This document shows, one piece after another, positions 63,460 to 64,000 of a stretch of DNA of 64,000 nt. The stretch covers positions 1 through 64,000 of the forward strand of contig NW_021833070.1 of assembly GCF_006345805.1 (NCBI RefSeq), given 5' to 3'. The position numbers and the translations under genes were made by a program. A model generated the notes under the pieces. The model was given only the letters and a program-made list of their open reading frames with translations, was not told the origin of the DNA and made no database searches. Source of the stretch: Octopus sinensis. Lineage: Eukaryota. Positions within the stretch are counted from its first letter, which is position 1, and every line of letters begins with the position of its first letter.

Positions 63460-63486
63460 ATATATATATATATAATATATATTATA

Positions 63487-63518
<32 letters not shown>

Positions 63519-63525
63519 GATATTT
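63255..63525. repeat. (CA)n/(TA)n/(TATG)n compound microsatellite
   Basis: Direct reading. Confidence 0.95.
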
Positions 63526-64000
63526 TCATAATACATGCATGCATACATTCTTAAAATAAAGTTATATTACTTCATTATTCATATCATATTCTAAGAAAAC
63601 ATTACCGAAATCTAGAGAATGCAGTTGTTTATATATTAAGAAGGTTTGAATACTGAATTACATAAAGTTTTTTCTCATAACAAACCATAAAGATTTGGGC
63701 GATTACTATTAAGTTTGTAAACACTCAAGCATGCTGTTATGTAATTTAAGGAATCCATTTTGGACAAACACATACACACACATATGTGTGTAAATATATG
63801 TGTTGTCTATGTGTGTGTATTTGTATTTCAATAATCTTAAGCCAGCTGTCAATATGTTGCAACTAAAAGTTTTAAGAATTCTAAAATGCTTTAGTCTTTA
63901 GGCACCGAGTAACTTAATACTATGGGTAATATTGTTTCAAATACAAGGAGTTTCTCTCACCTCCGTTTTCCCCCCTTTCTTAATTTCGTAATTTCTAATT

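Overview
AT-rich, repeat-saturated eukaryotic non-genic (intergenic or intronic) DNA. The tRNA-derived SINE families and microsatellite load look like an octopus (cephalopod) genome; this is recall-based, not database-checked. No host protein-coding gene, rRNA, intact tRNA gene or CRISPR array is supported, and almost all listed ORFs are microsatellite translations. Content: over 30 SINE copies in five families (called S1-S5 here); LINE fragments (CR1-group, L1/Tx1-like, and a stack of R4/Dong-like elements inserted in (TAA)n); two Neptune-type Penelope-like (PLE) GIY-YIG fragments; two mariners; four non-autonomous Helitrons; MITEs and fold-backs; a 52-bp minisatellite; and a near-identical 0.89-kb tandem duplication. 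Most notable: (1) four minimal type-I hammerhead-ribozyme motifs in small non-autonomous PLE-type elements, three with inverted tails and one carrying a tRNA-derived Pol III head; (2) two SINE-LINE tail partnerships readable within the window, one with compensatory stem changes; (3) a same-strand pile-up of several R4/Dong subfamilies in one TAA array; (4) a local four-copy repeat with a TGACCT-n4-AGGTCA core. Coordinates were read by eye; boundaries are approximate to a few bases.
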